DNA of 60,887 bases, filler included, from Sphacelaria rigidula (Eukaryota), in the NCBI GenBank assembly GCA_964200075.2. It is 7 parts of 7 records of this genome, joined end to end, with 100 filler letters (N's around TTAATTAATTAA, not from the genome) between each part and the next. Parts side by side here need not be neighbours in the genome. Positions count along the whole stretch, not along the records: positions 1 to 8,613 come from CAXNAA020010602.1; positions 8,714 to 17,326 come from CAXNAA020010603.1; 5 more parts are not named here. One strand, 5' to 3'. Shown here one piece after another: positions 1 through 12,261 of this stretch (positions are counted from its first letter, which is position 1; every line of letters starts with the position of its first letter). The notes below the pieces were generated by a model, which saw only the letters and a list, made by a program, of their open reading frames with translations, had not been told where the DNA came from and did no database searches. A program made the position numbers and the translations under genes.

Positions 1-929
1 GATACTGCTTGATACATCTGTACATTGCCTGATGCGCACAACACCCGAATTATAGTTCAGACAGTTTGTACCTGCACCTGAAAATAGATTGAATGAAACT
101 TTCGGCCTTCCTCTAACCCTGCCGTCACGTACATACGTTATTTTTTAGCAACATGGAGCCACTGTTTCCTGCATATGCAGGACACGTCATTCCTAACCCG
201 CCTCGTTGGTCGTTCTGGAGGCCCAGTCCTAAAAGTGTGAATACTTCTGTTAACACTTCCCTACTTCAGCTAGTATACCCTGCAGGTAAACACAACGTTG
301 AAACTTTTGGCGGCGTGGCCGTCGCAGTTTCCACGAGAAGAACGATCTTACTGGATGTTCTCATCGCTTCGGGGTAAACAGATACTCCGCAGCCCCACCG
401 CCGGTCCCGATACTGCTTCTAAAACGTACAACGCAATTATGAGGTGTAATGTCGGGGGAAGACAAAGCCAAGTACCACCGGCGGCGGCGGCAGCAGGGCA
501 ACAACAACGACAAAAGAAGAAAACGACGTGGAAAGGTATCAGTCTGCGATTTATCCCGGCGTGTCGTACGTGAGCCATGGAGCGACTACAACCTCGTTTT
601 CTTCGAAATAAGGGCGGCCAAGGCCCCCGCCGACGCCTACGTCATTGGATAGTGGGCCCCGTCGAAATATTTCGGTGGGTAGGATCTTCATGGAAGTGCG
701 GGGCCGTGCGCATGGAGTAAATCGAGATGTGGGCTTTGTCATCGAACGAAGTGAGAATGCGCCGGAACGTATGGTACGGCGGTCAGTTATCCAACCACCG
801 GATGAGATATCTAAGCGGAAGAACGATTATCGTGCATGCTGTAGTGCCCAGCGTCATACTTCACTTTTCGGGCAAGAAAAACGAGAAAAAAGCGTCCGGA
901 TACACGACGCCCGGCCAATCGCGAAGACA

Positions 930-1034
930 TCAGAAGCACCATTGGTTTCCGCATCGCGCCCCGAGCTTATCTGGTAACCGCAGCATCCCCGACCCCACCA
1001 CAGTCGACAGTACCTCAGGGGGGACACTTTGAAC
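930..1034 (-). CDS. Putative terminal exon of the large low-complexity protein gene (VQSVPPEV...CGNQWCF*)
   Basis: Acceptor ...GCTACAG| at 1037-1035; phase 0 matches the upstream donor at 1150; the frame is open to TGA at 932-930. An alternative donor inside the exon is possible. Confidence 0.4.
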   Translation of the reverse strand, partial: VQSVPPEVLSTVVGSGMLRLPDKLGARCGNQWCF

Positions 1035-1150
1035 CTGTAGCGCGAATTCGTTCTCTCCCTGAACGTCACACGAAACACACCAGAAAAACAAACCGACCCA
1101 CGGAAGCTGAAGCGATACAAAAGACATGTACGCACGAATAAAATCCTTAC

Positions 1151-4100
1151 CTCAAGCTTGTCCCAGCTGGGGCCATAGCCGCCATCATCCGCCGCCGCAG
1201 CGGCGGAGGCGGCCGCCCCAGTGCTCTGCACCAAACTCGCTACTGCGGGTCCGTTCTGTTCAACAGCGGCGACGTTTCCGCTACCAGCGACATCACCAGC
1301 TCCTGTCGCCGCGTCAGATCCCGCGGGGCTCGTTGCTTCCCCGGTGGCTGCCGCTATTGTCGCCACCCCGACATGCATTTCTCTCTGCCGTGGCGAGCGC
1401 TCCCTCGACATTCCGCGATCGGAGGCGGTTTCCGCCGACGTCTCTTTCCTCCCCTTCGCGACGGTCGCCGCCGCGACATCGGCCGGCCGCGACGTCCCGC
1501 CGGCACCAGGGCCAGCGGGTGTGTCACTTGTCGCGCATTGCGATCGGTTCCGAGACATTTGCGACACGTCCTTCTCCTTCTCGGATACACTGGTCCACCA
1601 TATGTTCGATGAGGAGGAGACGTCACAACCGTCATCACGGCGGGAAGAACCGTCACTGTCGGGCGTGTTGTTTTTGCTGACAGTGTGCGTCGGAGCTGCA
1701 GCGGTCATTGTCTCCTCCGTGTCCGTGGCCCTCGCCGCTCTGCCGGAGGCAACCGCCTCTTGCACAATAGCCGCTGCTACCACCGCCGCCGCTGCAAGGT
1801 CGCTGTCTTCCCGCTCCCTCGGCGATGCCGTCCCTTCACCCCGGCCTCGTCCTTCTCCGCTGACTGCGTCTGCGGTCCCATCTGCGCTTGATGGGAGTCG
1901 TGAAGACGACGTCGATCTCGAACCCTGCCGAAGCGCCGGCTGTGCCACGTCTCCTGCAACATCTACACTCCCTTCCTTTTCATCCAGCAGCATGCTCTTA
2001 CTCGTGTAAAACGGGGTAACAGTGGGACCCGCCGCCGATCCGCCACCGCGGGTCGAAACACGCCCGTCGGGAGAAACATTGAACGCTTCCGGTGGTAACG
2101 GAGTGTCATTACCGCTACCTTTATCTCCGCCGACCATATTAATGCCTTGTACCGGAGGCGAGGAGGCGGGAGAATCTGCATGAGCTATCGATGGGCGCCG
2201 TGTCTTCCGGTCCGATCCTCCCGGCATCCATCTCCGCGAGGAAGACTTTTTGGTCACCTGAGCAGCGGGGAGGTCGGCGGCTATACCCTGTCCAGGGGGC
2301 GTTGTTTTCCGTCCCATGGTGGCTCCGGCCGCTAAAAAAGGCGAGGATATTCTAGTTTCGTGTCGCGGACGCACACCCGCCGAGCCATCGGTAACTTCAA
2401 CATGGGAAGCGACTATACCCTTCAGTGCCGGCCGCTCGTATGCGGAGGTATTCACCACGCCAGCACGGCCGCTAGTTCTGTCGACGACCTGTCTTTGGCG
2501 CGGGTCATTCTTCGCGACAGTGGAGCCGAGACTGTCATGGTGCTGTCGTTGTTGTTGCTGTTGGAGCCGGTGCTGCTGGCTCCCCGTTTCATCCGCCGCC
2601 GCCGTCGCCGCCGCCGGAGCAGGAGCGCTTAGGGCGCGACCGTTTCTTTCGCGCACAGCAACATCATGGGGACTTGCACCGTCCAGGTCGAGAGGTTTCA
2701 TCTTCATGAGGTCTCTCCTGACGCCTCCGTCACCGTCGACGGGCCTCCCTTTCTCGCCGCTCTGCTTGCTCACGCGAGATTTACCACGCAACTCTCTGCG
2801 GGCTGCGGCATTGGATGCCCCGGAGCGCGAGCTCACCGCCGTCGCCGACGGCGCCTTGTTTTCGATATGTGCACCGTTGGTACCGGTGCTATTAGAGGGA
2901 GCCGTTGCATTGGCTTTCGCGGACCCCACCGTGCTGTCGGTTCTATTTTCTCGTCTCTCTCGCAGTGTTCCTCGTCGGAAACTCGCCTGCGCTTCCACCA
3001 TCGCAACGCGGGAAGAAACAGTTCCGCGTGGCTCACGCAAGTTGTCTGAGCCTCGCCGCGACTGCCGAGAAGACCAGACTGGGCGCTGATCTTCTGAGCG
3101 GTCCGACGCCGCTGCCGCCACGGCCGTTGCCTGCGTCTCGTCCCTGCACGCGGGTTCGTCACTTCTTCGCACGAAGGAGGAATCCGAACTCTGCTTGGTG
3201 ATTCCGCTCGAGTTTGTGCTGGCAAAGCTGTCGTGGCTATGCCCTCGCGACTGAGAATCATTTCCGGTTCCGGATGATGCTTCGCTGCCGGATCTCCGTC
3301 CACGACGTCCCGTGCTTTCCGAAGGCACAGTATGACCCTCCCGTGACGAATCAGAACCCCGCCGGCGGTGATCGGTGCTTCTCGAACGCTTGCGATAACT
3401 GTCATCCTGCGAAGATCGCTCTAGCGAAACTTCCGGGGATTGCCCATAGGGGATACCCCGCCGTCTGTACGGGGTGACTTCCAACCGCCCCCGGACATTC
3501 GGGCGGGACGATGCTCCCCGCGAACTCTCTCGACCATGACGATGCTCCTCATGTTGAGACCGCTCGAAATTATCGCCAACGGACTCACCATCGGCGTCAC
3601 CATGCTCCCGAGACTCCTGACCACGCCTCGATTCCTCTTGTGATTTCTCCCTGTCATGATGACGCCCACCCCCCCGGTTTCGAAATTCCCCGCGCTCTCT
3701 TCTGTTTGATCTTCCACCTGCACTAGTGCTACTACTACGACCACTTTCTCTCGAAGAGGTCCCACTGCTGCTGGCAGCGCCGGCCGCAAGAGTTGCGGCA
3801 AAAACCGAATCCCCACCGCTTGCATCCCCTTTTGGCGCGCCGTTATCAACACTTTCCCCCCGTTCGTTGCCCTCTCTCGAAGAAGACGCCAAGGCCCCGC
3901 GACGGTCGCTTGCTGTTTCCGGCCCGCCGCCATGTCTGCTGCTGACTCCCTCAGTACGCGTGTTGTTGCTGAACCCAAGCATGGACGAACGCGAGGACCC
4001 CGCACAACTCCGCGAATCTGCCGCAGATCTCATCCTAGCATGGCCGCTGGGGGGGGTCGCGGGCACGTCAACCGTCGTGCCAATCCGTGTTCCGGCCACC

Positions 4101-4529
4101 TTGCCCACGTCGCTGCGACCTGCGCCGGCCCCGGCGCCGCTAGCTGGCTCAGTACGCCGAGTCGACGCCACGGTGACTTTGTTGGCTACGCTCCTGCCGC
4201 TCCCGCTCCCGCCTGCGTTGGCGACGCCTTTTCTAGCGGGCTTGGCACGCCACTCACTCAGGTGCGACTGGACCTCCTGACCTCCAGCGCTGCCTCTTAC
4301 TTTGTTGCTATTACTGCTGTTGGCGGTGTCGTCGCTGTCTTTGGCCGAGCCGAGTACGCTGCCCGCGCGGGTGGCGTTGCTACCCATACCAAATCGGCGG
4401 TCGCTGGTGGCCCTGTTGAGCATTCCCCGGTGGCCTTGGCGATTTTCGCGGCTGCCCATGCCTATATTACGTTCGCTGGCAGCCTTCGCGGGCGATCTTC
4501 GGGGTCTCGGGGTACTTTCGTCTCGGACT
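1151..4529 (-). CDS. Giant internal exon (3379 bp) of an unknown, probably intrinsically disordered Ser/Arg/Gly/Ala-rich protein
   Basis: Lies within the 1274-aa ORF 854..4678. Bounded by a polypyrimidine tract plus CAG (TCCTCCTTTTTCTTCCCAG, AG ending 4530) and donor GAG|GTAAGG at 1150. No recognisable domain. Confidence 0.8.
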
Positions 4530-4855
4530 CTGGGAAGAAAAAGGAGGATGAACGATGACGGGGAAATGCGTTCAGAGGGCACCGGCGTATTTCTAAATGC
4601 CGTTTGCACCGAACAACGAATTATCGCGTACCACATCGATGCATCCGTCGCGGGTGGTTGATTCCATGGGTGAGACATTCGAGAGGTAAAAAGAAGTCGT
4701 GAACCAAGACAAACAGCATTGAGTCACGAACAGTTCAGGGGCGAGCCTGTATTGAAATTGATCGCATGAAGGTTGTAGCTCTGTGGCTGTGGTGCTGGGG
4801 ATAAAGCACCAACCATTTCTCGATCTCGGAGCATCTCGCCACTCAAACGCCTCAC

Positions 4856-4931
4856 CGTGGACTTGCGACCAATCCCACTTCTTTCAGCTTCTTCACAAAA
4901 TCGCAGGGAACTTTCATGACTTTCACGCGTG
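4856..4931 (-). CDS. Possible small exon of the same gene (RVKVMKVPCDFVKKLKEVGLVASP)
   Basis: Acceptor CCCTCTTTCTACGCAG| and donor CG|GTGAGG; ends in phase 2, matching the giant exon start. Confidence 0.4.
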
Positions 4932-4996
4932 CTGCGTAGAAAGAGGGATACGGTCGTAGGCTTCAGAAGACGCCTCGTGCCGGTTACAAAACTGAC

Positions 4997-5112
4997 CCTT
5001 CGCTGCTGCTTCATCATCTGCCGGACTTGCGCCCCACGGTGCAGAAAAAGAGACGGGCGCTGCAGCTTCAGCATTAATGCCTGTACGCTGCGACAGAGAA
5101 ACGTATCGGTCA
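4997..5112 (-). CDS. Possible small exon of the same gene (DRYVSLSQRTGINAEAAAP...AAAK)
   Basis: Acceptor TGTCTTCAG| (phase 2) and donor G|GTCAGT (phase 1) bridge exons 7387-7721 and 4856-4931 in frame. The implied intron is only 65 bp. Confidence 0.3.
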
Positions 5113-5484
5113 CTGAAGACAGCTCTTCAGGTGCCCTGGAGCAACCTCTTTTTCGCCTCCCCTGTAGCCCTTGCTTTGGCAAAAGCAAAAGCAGCGTGAA
5201 CACATCTGTTTTCAATTTGAAGCTATGACAATACTGCAGTCGCAGAAGTACAGTACAATATTATACATCGTCACTAAAAAGCCGATACAAAACGACAACT
5301 CAAACGTGCATGCAATTTACCCGGCAAAAATCAGTTTCTGTGAAATCTACAACGACGGTGTACGCAGTGTGCACCACCACCCCCTGACGAACACCCCTGG
5401 ATGGAAACATTTCGGAAACAGTATTTGTTACACCATAGAGTGGTATCTACAGTACAAAATGAGAGGTGCAGAGGGAGATGCCAC

Positions 5485-5792
5485 GCCCCGGTGGTGTAAT
5501 GGTCCGAATTTCGCCATTAGGGTGGAGAGAAAGGGGTTCGACTCCCGATGCATCGGGTTTTTTCTTCGTAATGTATAATTTCCACCGTGGAAAGCGTGAG
5601 AACGTGGGTAAACAAAATAGTCGGCTGAGTTTGTGTGACGTGAGTTGACGCGGTGCAGAAGTGCTGACCCAATCCGCGAGACCAAAATGAAAGACACGTA
5701 TCGGGGGAGAGATGGGTTGATCCCTTGGGACCACGGATTCATCCCGAGGAAGGGGAGGGGTTCAAAGTGTGAGAAAAGAAAAAAGAAAAAAA
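5485..5792 (+). mobile_element. tRNA-derived SINE, family 1 (full length)
   Basis: A-box TGGTGTAATGG, B-box GGTTCGACTCC, A-rich tail. Clearly homologous copies at 11957-12261 and 19340-19638. Confidence 0.85.
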
Positions 5793-5899
5793 GAGGGGGG
5801 TCCCAGCTCAGTGCAGTCAAAGCCGTGTGTCACAAGTCCAACTCGCCACGTATACGATTATAAAGTGACGACACTATCCATTTTTTCAGTGAGGTCACT

Positions 5900-5995
5900 T
5901 GTGTTTTTCTTTGGGTACGCCTATCATGTGACCACGGGTGGATCCCTGGGGGGTCAGGTAAAGTGCGACAATCAATCAATCAATCAATCAATCAA
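5900..5995 (+). mobile_element. LINE 3' end with (AATC)n tail
   Basis: ...GACCACGG.TGGA.CCC.GGGGGGTCAG.T.AAGTGCGAC(AATC)n; the same terminus occurs at 26650-26727 (+) and 15921-15990 (-). Confidence 0.65.
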
Positions 5996-6394
5996 CTATA
6001 CTAGCAAAGTACGACGAGGTCCAAGCACAGTGCCGTATTCTCGGATTGGCGACCCACCGCAGTGAGGTGACTTCACCACTTGGTAGTTGATGGTTTGTGC
6101 AGGTGCTGATGCATTTCGAATAACACTCACCCTCTACGTAAGCTAGGTACCCAGGTCGCCGCTTTTTTTCTCGCATGCGTTTTCTTGCGGTAGCCACGAT
6201 GATGATCGAGCTAGATCATGTTGTGCGGGGTGGGAAAACCTCCACTCCGTGAAAAGAGATGGTCGTACTACGTAGTGTTTACGTGGCGCAATATCCATGA
6301 AGCAGAGCAACCCGTGGCTGTCTCTGGAAAAGGGGAAACCAGAAAATGGAGCCACTCATTCAAGGTTGCCATCCATTCTCGACTATTGTTTTTG

Positions 6395-6600
6395 ATGGTA
6401 CGCTTCGGACCGAACAATCATAGCAGGATGCAGATCGTCCATCATCCGACTCGCCGAACACATCAAGGCGCTTCGCGCTTGATGACCGCGAACCTGGTCC
6501 GGCGAGAACCCGGCGTGCTGCGTTCCGGCTTCGTAGCGATGCGAGGTTAATGGTTCCATGCCTACGGTATGCAACGTCATGAGTACCCCCCCCCCCCCCC
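6395..6600 (+). repeat. Interspersed repeat ending ATGAGTAC-poly(C) (family B)
   Basis: Homologous to 43081-43285 (opposite orientation) and 34870-34918; the terminus is repeated at 6660-6720. Confidence 0.7.
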
Positions 6601-7386
6601 CCCCAGCCCCCCCCACCCCCACCCCCACCCCCCACANNNNNNNNNNGCTTCGTGGCCAAGGGGTGTTAATGGTTCCCTCCCACCAGTATACAACGGTATG
6701 AGTACCCCCCCCCCCCCCCCGCCCCGCCCAAGAAAAAACAATACAGGGTGATGTGTTGTCGAGTACCAGAAATTCATTGCCCGGGGGTCTTTCCCGTTAT
6801 ATTATCAAATCCCTCCGCCCTTCCTTGGAACGAATCCGTAATCAAATGAGTGAGAAGGGAGCAACGCGTTCATCTCTTCCGGTGCAGCATATGCATCCTG
6901 AAATATTGGTATCGCCGACCGATAAGAGCACCACGCCCGCACCGCACCACTACACACCGTACCGCGTCGACTCTTCCTGTCAAATCCAACAACTTTCCCA
7001 CGTCTATACATTTTCACACCTAGACTATGACAACGTATGGTCAACGCTAGCAATGGACAAAAAAAAATGTAATGCGTAAAGTACAGGCCTGTAACTGTTG
7101 TCGACCCATAATAGTTGCAATAGGCCTATGCTTTTCGCAGTACACATTCTTCTTGTCTATCGCAGCTGTTGACCATCTATCTTGTCCAGGGTATACAACT
7201 TTTTTTTTCTAGTAAAAAATACAGATACTCTTGAAAGCAAGAAAAAAAAAGGATACTCTGAATTTCGAACCCTCAACTCCACCACAACTGATCATAAAAA
7301 TACACCCGCCAGTCGAAGACCACAGGCTGGAGCCCATCGGCAACTTCATCATTTCTTCCCGCATCGACATATCCTCCCGAACTCAC

Positions 7387-7721
7387 CCGCCCTCGGCGCC
7401 GCCGCCGATCCCGCGACCCCGATCCGTTCGCGCGACTCTCCTATCCCGACTTCCGCTTCTGCTTCTCGATCGCCCCGCCCTGCGGCCTACGTCCCCCATT
7501 GTCTGAGCCCGACGGAGCACCCGCGCCAATACGCCACCGGAACGCGATCGCTGCGATCGGTAGCGCTCGTCCCGACTGCGGCCTCGGCCTCGGCCTCCAG
7601 CAAACCCTTCCCGTCGGCCGCGGCCGCCGCCGCTGGCGTCGCTACGGCTTCTACTACGACTGTGATTCGAACGCCCGCGTGAAATCTTGTCGGTCCTGCC
7701 GCGATGTGGTGACGGTTTCAT
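7387..7721 (-). CDS. Upstream Arg/Ser/Gly-rich exon of the large low-complexity protein gene
   Basis: ORF 7383..7748 (MKPSPHRGR...RSRSRS...GGGAEG). Donor GG|GTGAGT at 7386 is phase 2, compatible with the giant exon. CAG precedes 7721. Confidence 0.6.
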
Positions 7722-7807
7722 CTGAGCGTAACGGGCATTGTGAACCATGCGGGAGGTGTTGGGCGCGCAGGCGCGCGGGCGGGAGTACGGAGGAGGGAGG
7801 GGGAGTT

Positions 7808-8089
7808 GGGGGGGACGTACTCATTTGTTGCTTGCCTTGGTCGTTTGACCGTTGACCACGCATCCCTTTCGAGACGGAGCACCGTTCCTACTCCTAGTAG
7901 AGACACCTTCAACCTTACGGCGCTCATCACATTTCTTCCATATACATTGCACAAAAACCTTTTACATATCTTATCACCGTCCTGTTTCGCCGTCTCTGGC
8001 AACCATCTATACCATCTATCGGGGGGGGCGTACTCATTTGTTGCTTGCCTTAGTCATTTGACCATTGACCACGCATCCCTTTCGAGACC
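7808..8089. repeat. Two copies of a ~65-bp element bounded by poly(G)/poly(C) (family A)
   Basis: G(n)CGTACTCATTTGTTGCTTGCCTT.GTC.TTTGACC.TTGACCACGCATCCCTTTCGAGAC at 7808-7876 and 8021-8088; also at 23425, 43636 and 52277. Confidence 0.8.
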
Positions 8090-8613
8090 TNNNNNNNNAT
8101 TCGTGGGCTACGGGAGGAGGCAGACCCACCTGCGGCAGAGAAAGGAGGGAGCGAAGGACCCGCGGAGGTCAGTGCTAGACCGACATTGCCGTGCGGGTAT
8201 GATGTTCATATTCTTGCCCAGTCGAGCCAGTAAAGCTCAAGAACAAGAACAAATCAATTTCAGTGTTTAGCCTGACAGTCCCGTCCGTGGAGATGTACAT
8301 ATATATCCTCACCCAGTCGAGCCAACTCGCTTGACCTGAAATACGGTTCAATATACCAATCTAACTGTTGCAACCGACCGCGATGAGGCAGGAGTGTGCG
8401 ACGACTCAACACATCAATTGAGCACAAGGAAGGAAGACACCACCCAACTCAAATATGTGCAGACCATAGATAGACGTGGATGGTGTACCAACCTCTCCAA
8501 CACTGGGGAGTGATGCTACGGTAGGGGTAGAGAAATAATTTCTGAGATTATAGTTTTTAGGAGCCCCTTATCTCATCCAAAACACGAGTTAAAAAAATAT
8601 GCGAGAGTACGCC

Positions 8614-8713
8614 NNNNNNNNNNNNNNNNNNNNNNNNNNNNNNNNNNNNNNNNNNNNTTAATTAATTAANNNNNNNNNNNNNNNNNNNNNNNNNNNNNNN
8701 NNNNNNNNNNNNN
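8614..8713. other. Artificial scaffold linker N44-TTAATTAATTAA-N44
   Basis: Identical 100-bp linker at six places; TTAATTAATTAA gives stops in all six frames. Confidence 0.99.
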
Positions 8714-8944
8714 GGCAAGCAAAACAATTTTGGACAATCTTTGAGAAACTAAGAAATTACGGATTCCGCATACTTCTGACGCTGACTACTGTACAGGAAA
8801 TCAAGCACGTGCTTCCGCGAAAAAACAACGGTGGACAGAAAAAAAAAGTCTGGTTTCGTGTTCTCGACACAAACAGTGGTGCGAGTAGAAAAATGATATT
8901 AAAAACAAAATTGTGACGGGGGTGTTGTCGTACCTGAACGTGCG

Positions 8945-9160
8945 GAACTGTCAACAGAAGGGCACCTGAACGACGGGACCTCTGCGCCCTTGCACCGCCC
9001 ATAGGGCGATGGACATAAACCCACCGGCCGTGGTAAGGAGCACCTCGTCTGTTCGACCATGCATAGTCCTTGAATTTGATACCAGCTACTGTAGGCCTCA
9101 GATTATACCCATAATGAGGGAGAACAGGGCAGGGATGGGTCCAAGTTTTGTCCAACGCCC
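8945..9160. repeat. Diverged interspersed repeat (family D)
   Basis: Shares TGATACCAGCTA..AGGCCT..ATGAGGGAGAACAGGGC with 13105-13312. Confidence 0.5.
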
Positions 9161-9509
9161 GATGACGACAGGATGCAAACATCGAAGAGCCTTTCTACGA
9201 TGCCCCCTCAAAAAAAAAAAACAGCCCAAAACTGTCACGAAGAAAATGGCCATACAGCGGCCATGATTGGTTTTGGGCTACATGAAACGCCTCATATGAG
9301 CGGCGTTGGCGAAAACGAACCCGAGCGTAGGAATTCCCCGCTGCCCGTTGTGTCCGGCTTTTTTCATTTCGATTTACCTATGGATTTTGTTTCCCTGAAT
9401 CAGCCACTTTTTGAGAGTGGCTATCGTAGGAATTGTCCGACACAGATGGAAACACAGATCGAACCAAAACAACAGCATGCATACAGTAGAAATGGAACGA
9501 CGGCATACC

Positions 9510-10790
9510 TCGAACCAGGTCGGAACATACACCAAAGCGGAACATGGGTGACGGCGGAAAAATATAACTGGACAAAACCGCAACAGGTACCGAACCGGAA
9601 CGACAGTATGATTGCACCGAACAGGAACAACAGCATAATTGCACCGAACTTAGACATGTCTCGAATCGCAGCGAAACGGAACAACCACAAAATTGCACCT
9701 AACCGAAACAACGGGATGGTTGCACCGAACCGGAACATCAGAAAAAAACCGAACCGAACCGGAACAACAACATAATTGCACCGAACTGGAACCTGTACGG
9801 AATCGCAGCGAAACCGAACAACCGCAAAGTCGCACCGAACAGAAACAACGGGATGGTTGCACCGAACCGGAATGGCAGTACGATTGCACCGAACCGGAAC
9901 CTGCCTCGAATCGCAGCGAAACGGAACACGCACAAAGTTGCACCGAACCGGAAGATCACAATAGGACCGAACCGGAACAACAACATAATTGCAGTGAAAC
10001 GGTACAACCACGAAGTTGTACCGAAAGGAGACAACAGGACGATTGCTCCTAACCGAAACATGTCTCGAATTGCAGCGAAACGGAACAAACACGGAGTTGC
10101 ACCGAACGGAAACAACGGGATGATTGCACCAAACCGGAATGACTCTATGATTGCACCGAACCGGAACATCACAATAGGACGGAACCGGAACAAGAACGTA
10201 ATTGCACCGAACCGGAACCTGTATCGAATTTCACCGAAACGGAACGACCACAAAGTTGCACCGAACGGAAGCAACAGGATGATTGCACCGAATCGGAACA
10301 TCAGAATTGCAGCGAACCGAAACATGTACTTAATTACGACGAACCGAAACAAGAACACAATTGCACCAAACCGAAACATGCATTGAGTCGCAGCGAAACG
10401 GAACAACAACATAATGGCACCGAACCGGAACAACATAATCGCACCGAACCGCAACGACAGCATAATTTGACCGAACCGGAACATCATAACTGGACTGAAC
10501 CGAAACATGTACCGAACCGCCACGACAGTGTAATGGGGAACGGGCCGGGATATTGATCGAACCGGAACGCTAGCAGTCAGACCAAACGGAAACATGGATC
10601 GAACCGGAACAACGGCATAATTGGACTGAAGTAAAACATTCGTCGAGGCGGAATGACAACATGATCGAACCGGAACGACATGATCGAACCGGAACGACAG
10701 TATTATCGAACCGGAACGACAGTATTATCGAACCGAACCGAGACGTAGGTCGAACAGAACGGAACGGAATAAGACGGAGTATCGAAAATA
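9510..10790 (+). repeat. Minisatellite array, ~27-bp unit (ATTGCACCGAACCGGAAC + 9 variable nt) with higher-order structure
   Basis: Dozens of visible monomers; translates as IAPNRNxxx but the ORFs are broken by frameshifts and stops. Confidence 0.9.
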
Positions 10791-11529
10791 AACCAACCAA
10801 TTTATTGGACTGAAAAAGTCGGAGTCATGGTTATTAAAAACTTTCACAACGAAATTGTCGATATTGATAAGATATTTGGAGGATTCGGGGGGATTTTGTC
10901 GAGAATTTTTTCAGGGTTGTCCGCTTATTTTTTGTTATTTCGACGCTTAATCATCCACTACCGATCACAACCGCGATGCACTCTCCCATGCACACACCCC
11001 TATGTCGTAAAGGGGGTGCGGAAGTATCATCAGGCCGCCGCGACGCCATTGCGGTGGAGATGGCGCTGGTCATTCCGCCAGGCAGTTCAAGGGTGCCGAA
11101 GGGCATTTTAGGTCCGCTCATCGAACACTGTGATCTTGGTCCCGAGTACCCGGCAAAATTTAGAAATAACTGCGAAGCTCAAATAGATGACACAGGGGAG
11201 CTCGACCTCTCAAACAAACGTCGCTTCTTAAATTACTCCCATAAAGGCTGCGGTGCTGGAGACGGTCAACAAGCATTTTTTTCTTCACGTTTCCTCCCCC
11301 CGGAATAGGGAGGAATAGGGACGACATACGGCTATGTCCGGGCCGACTGATTTTTTTCGCCATTGCCCCCAGGTATAGTAGTGCGAAGGAGAAAAATAAA
11401 AAAGTTTTCAGCAAAAAAAAAAACGTCCCCCAAGACCTCAAAAAACATGATAGCTCAACGTATCGGACGCGGCCATGGACCAGGTATGAACATGGCCGAG
11501 GTTAGTTATGACACAGAGTACGTACGTCA

Positions 11530-11756
11530 GTCCCGTCGTTGAAAACGGAAGGGCGTGAGTAACTGAAGAGTACGTATTTGACAGGGGGTGACGCCTCGGG
11601 AGAGTGTTAATCCAAGCTGCGATACCAAACTGTACGGCATGTACCGGGATGAAGGTAGAGATGGCTTACTCCCGTGGGAACATGACGGATTCGGATTCGT
11701 CGCGAGGAAAGGGAGGGGGTCGATCGAAAGTATGACGGAGAGAAGCAAAAAAAAAT
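11530..11756 (+). mobile_element. 5'-truncated diverged SINE family 1 relative
   Basis: 3' portion AGAGATGG...CCC.TGGGA.CA..GGATTC...CGAGGAA.GGGAGGGG plus an A tail resembles 5700-5792. Confidence 0.55.
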
Positions 11757-11956
11757 GTTAGCCTTAAACTAGTGACTCGTTTTATATTATTTGAGTATTC
11801 TCCGTTCGTTTGTTATATCAGTTGGGTACGTGTGTACCCATCTACCTTGTGCAAACCGTGGCGATTATATTCGTAGCGGGTCAGCTAGTGTGCGACAACA
11901 GTGAGGTAAACTGATGAAATTTCAATGGAACTGGTCAATCGACACGGGACCTAGCG

Positions 11957-12261
11957 TTTTTTTTTTTTTTCCTTCACACTTCGAACCTCTCCCCTTCCGC
12001 GGGGTGAGTCCGTTGTCTCAAGGGGTCAACCCACCTCTCCCCCGGTACGTGCCTTTCATTTTAGACTCGCGGATTGGGTCAGCACTCCCGCACCGCGTGA
12101 ACTCACGTCACACAAACCCAGTTGACTACGTGGTTCACTCACGTTCTCACGCTTTCCAGGGTGGAAATCATACATTACGAAGGAAAAACCCAACGCATCG
12201 GAAATCGACCCCCGTTCTCTCCACCCTAATGGCGACAGTCGGACCATTACATCACCGGGGC
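11957..12261 (-). mobile_element. tRNA-derived SINE, family 1
   Basis: Reverse-complement homolog of 5485-5792 with a poly(A) tail. Confidence 0.85.

Noticed and set aside
930..960. TFIIS zinc ribbon (CGNQWCF)
   Set aside because: Lacks the preceding CxxC and the QTRSADEP motif; probably chance.
1126..4661. Long + strand ORFs overlapping the giant exon
   Set aside because: These are antisense shadows of a GC-rich coding exon, with no independent splice or domain evidence.
5485..5560. Functional tRNA gene (also at 35097, 42510-42590, 16990-17077, 48072)
   Set aside because: A/B boxes are present but I could not build a complete cloverleaf; most continue into SINE bodies, and 48072 has only an A-box-like motif.
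8658..8669. Periodic TTAATTAATTAA palindrome as a biological site
   Set aside because: It is always centred in N-runs; this is a six-frame-stop assembly linker.
9510..10790. CRISPR-like repeat/spacer array
   Set aside because: The variable parts are only ~9 nt and recur, the core is degenerate, there are no cas genes, and the context is eukaryotic.
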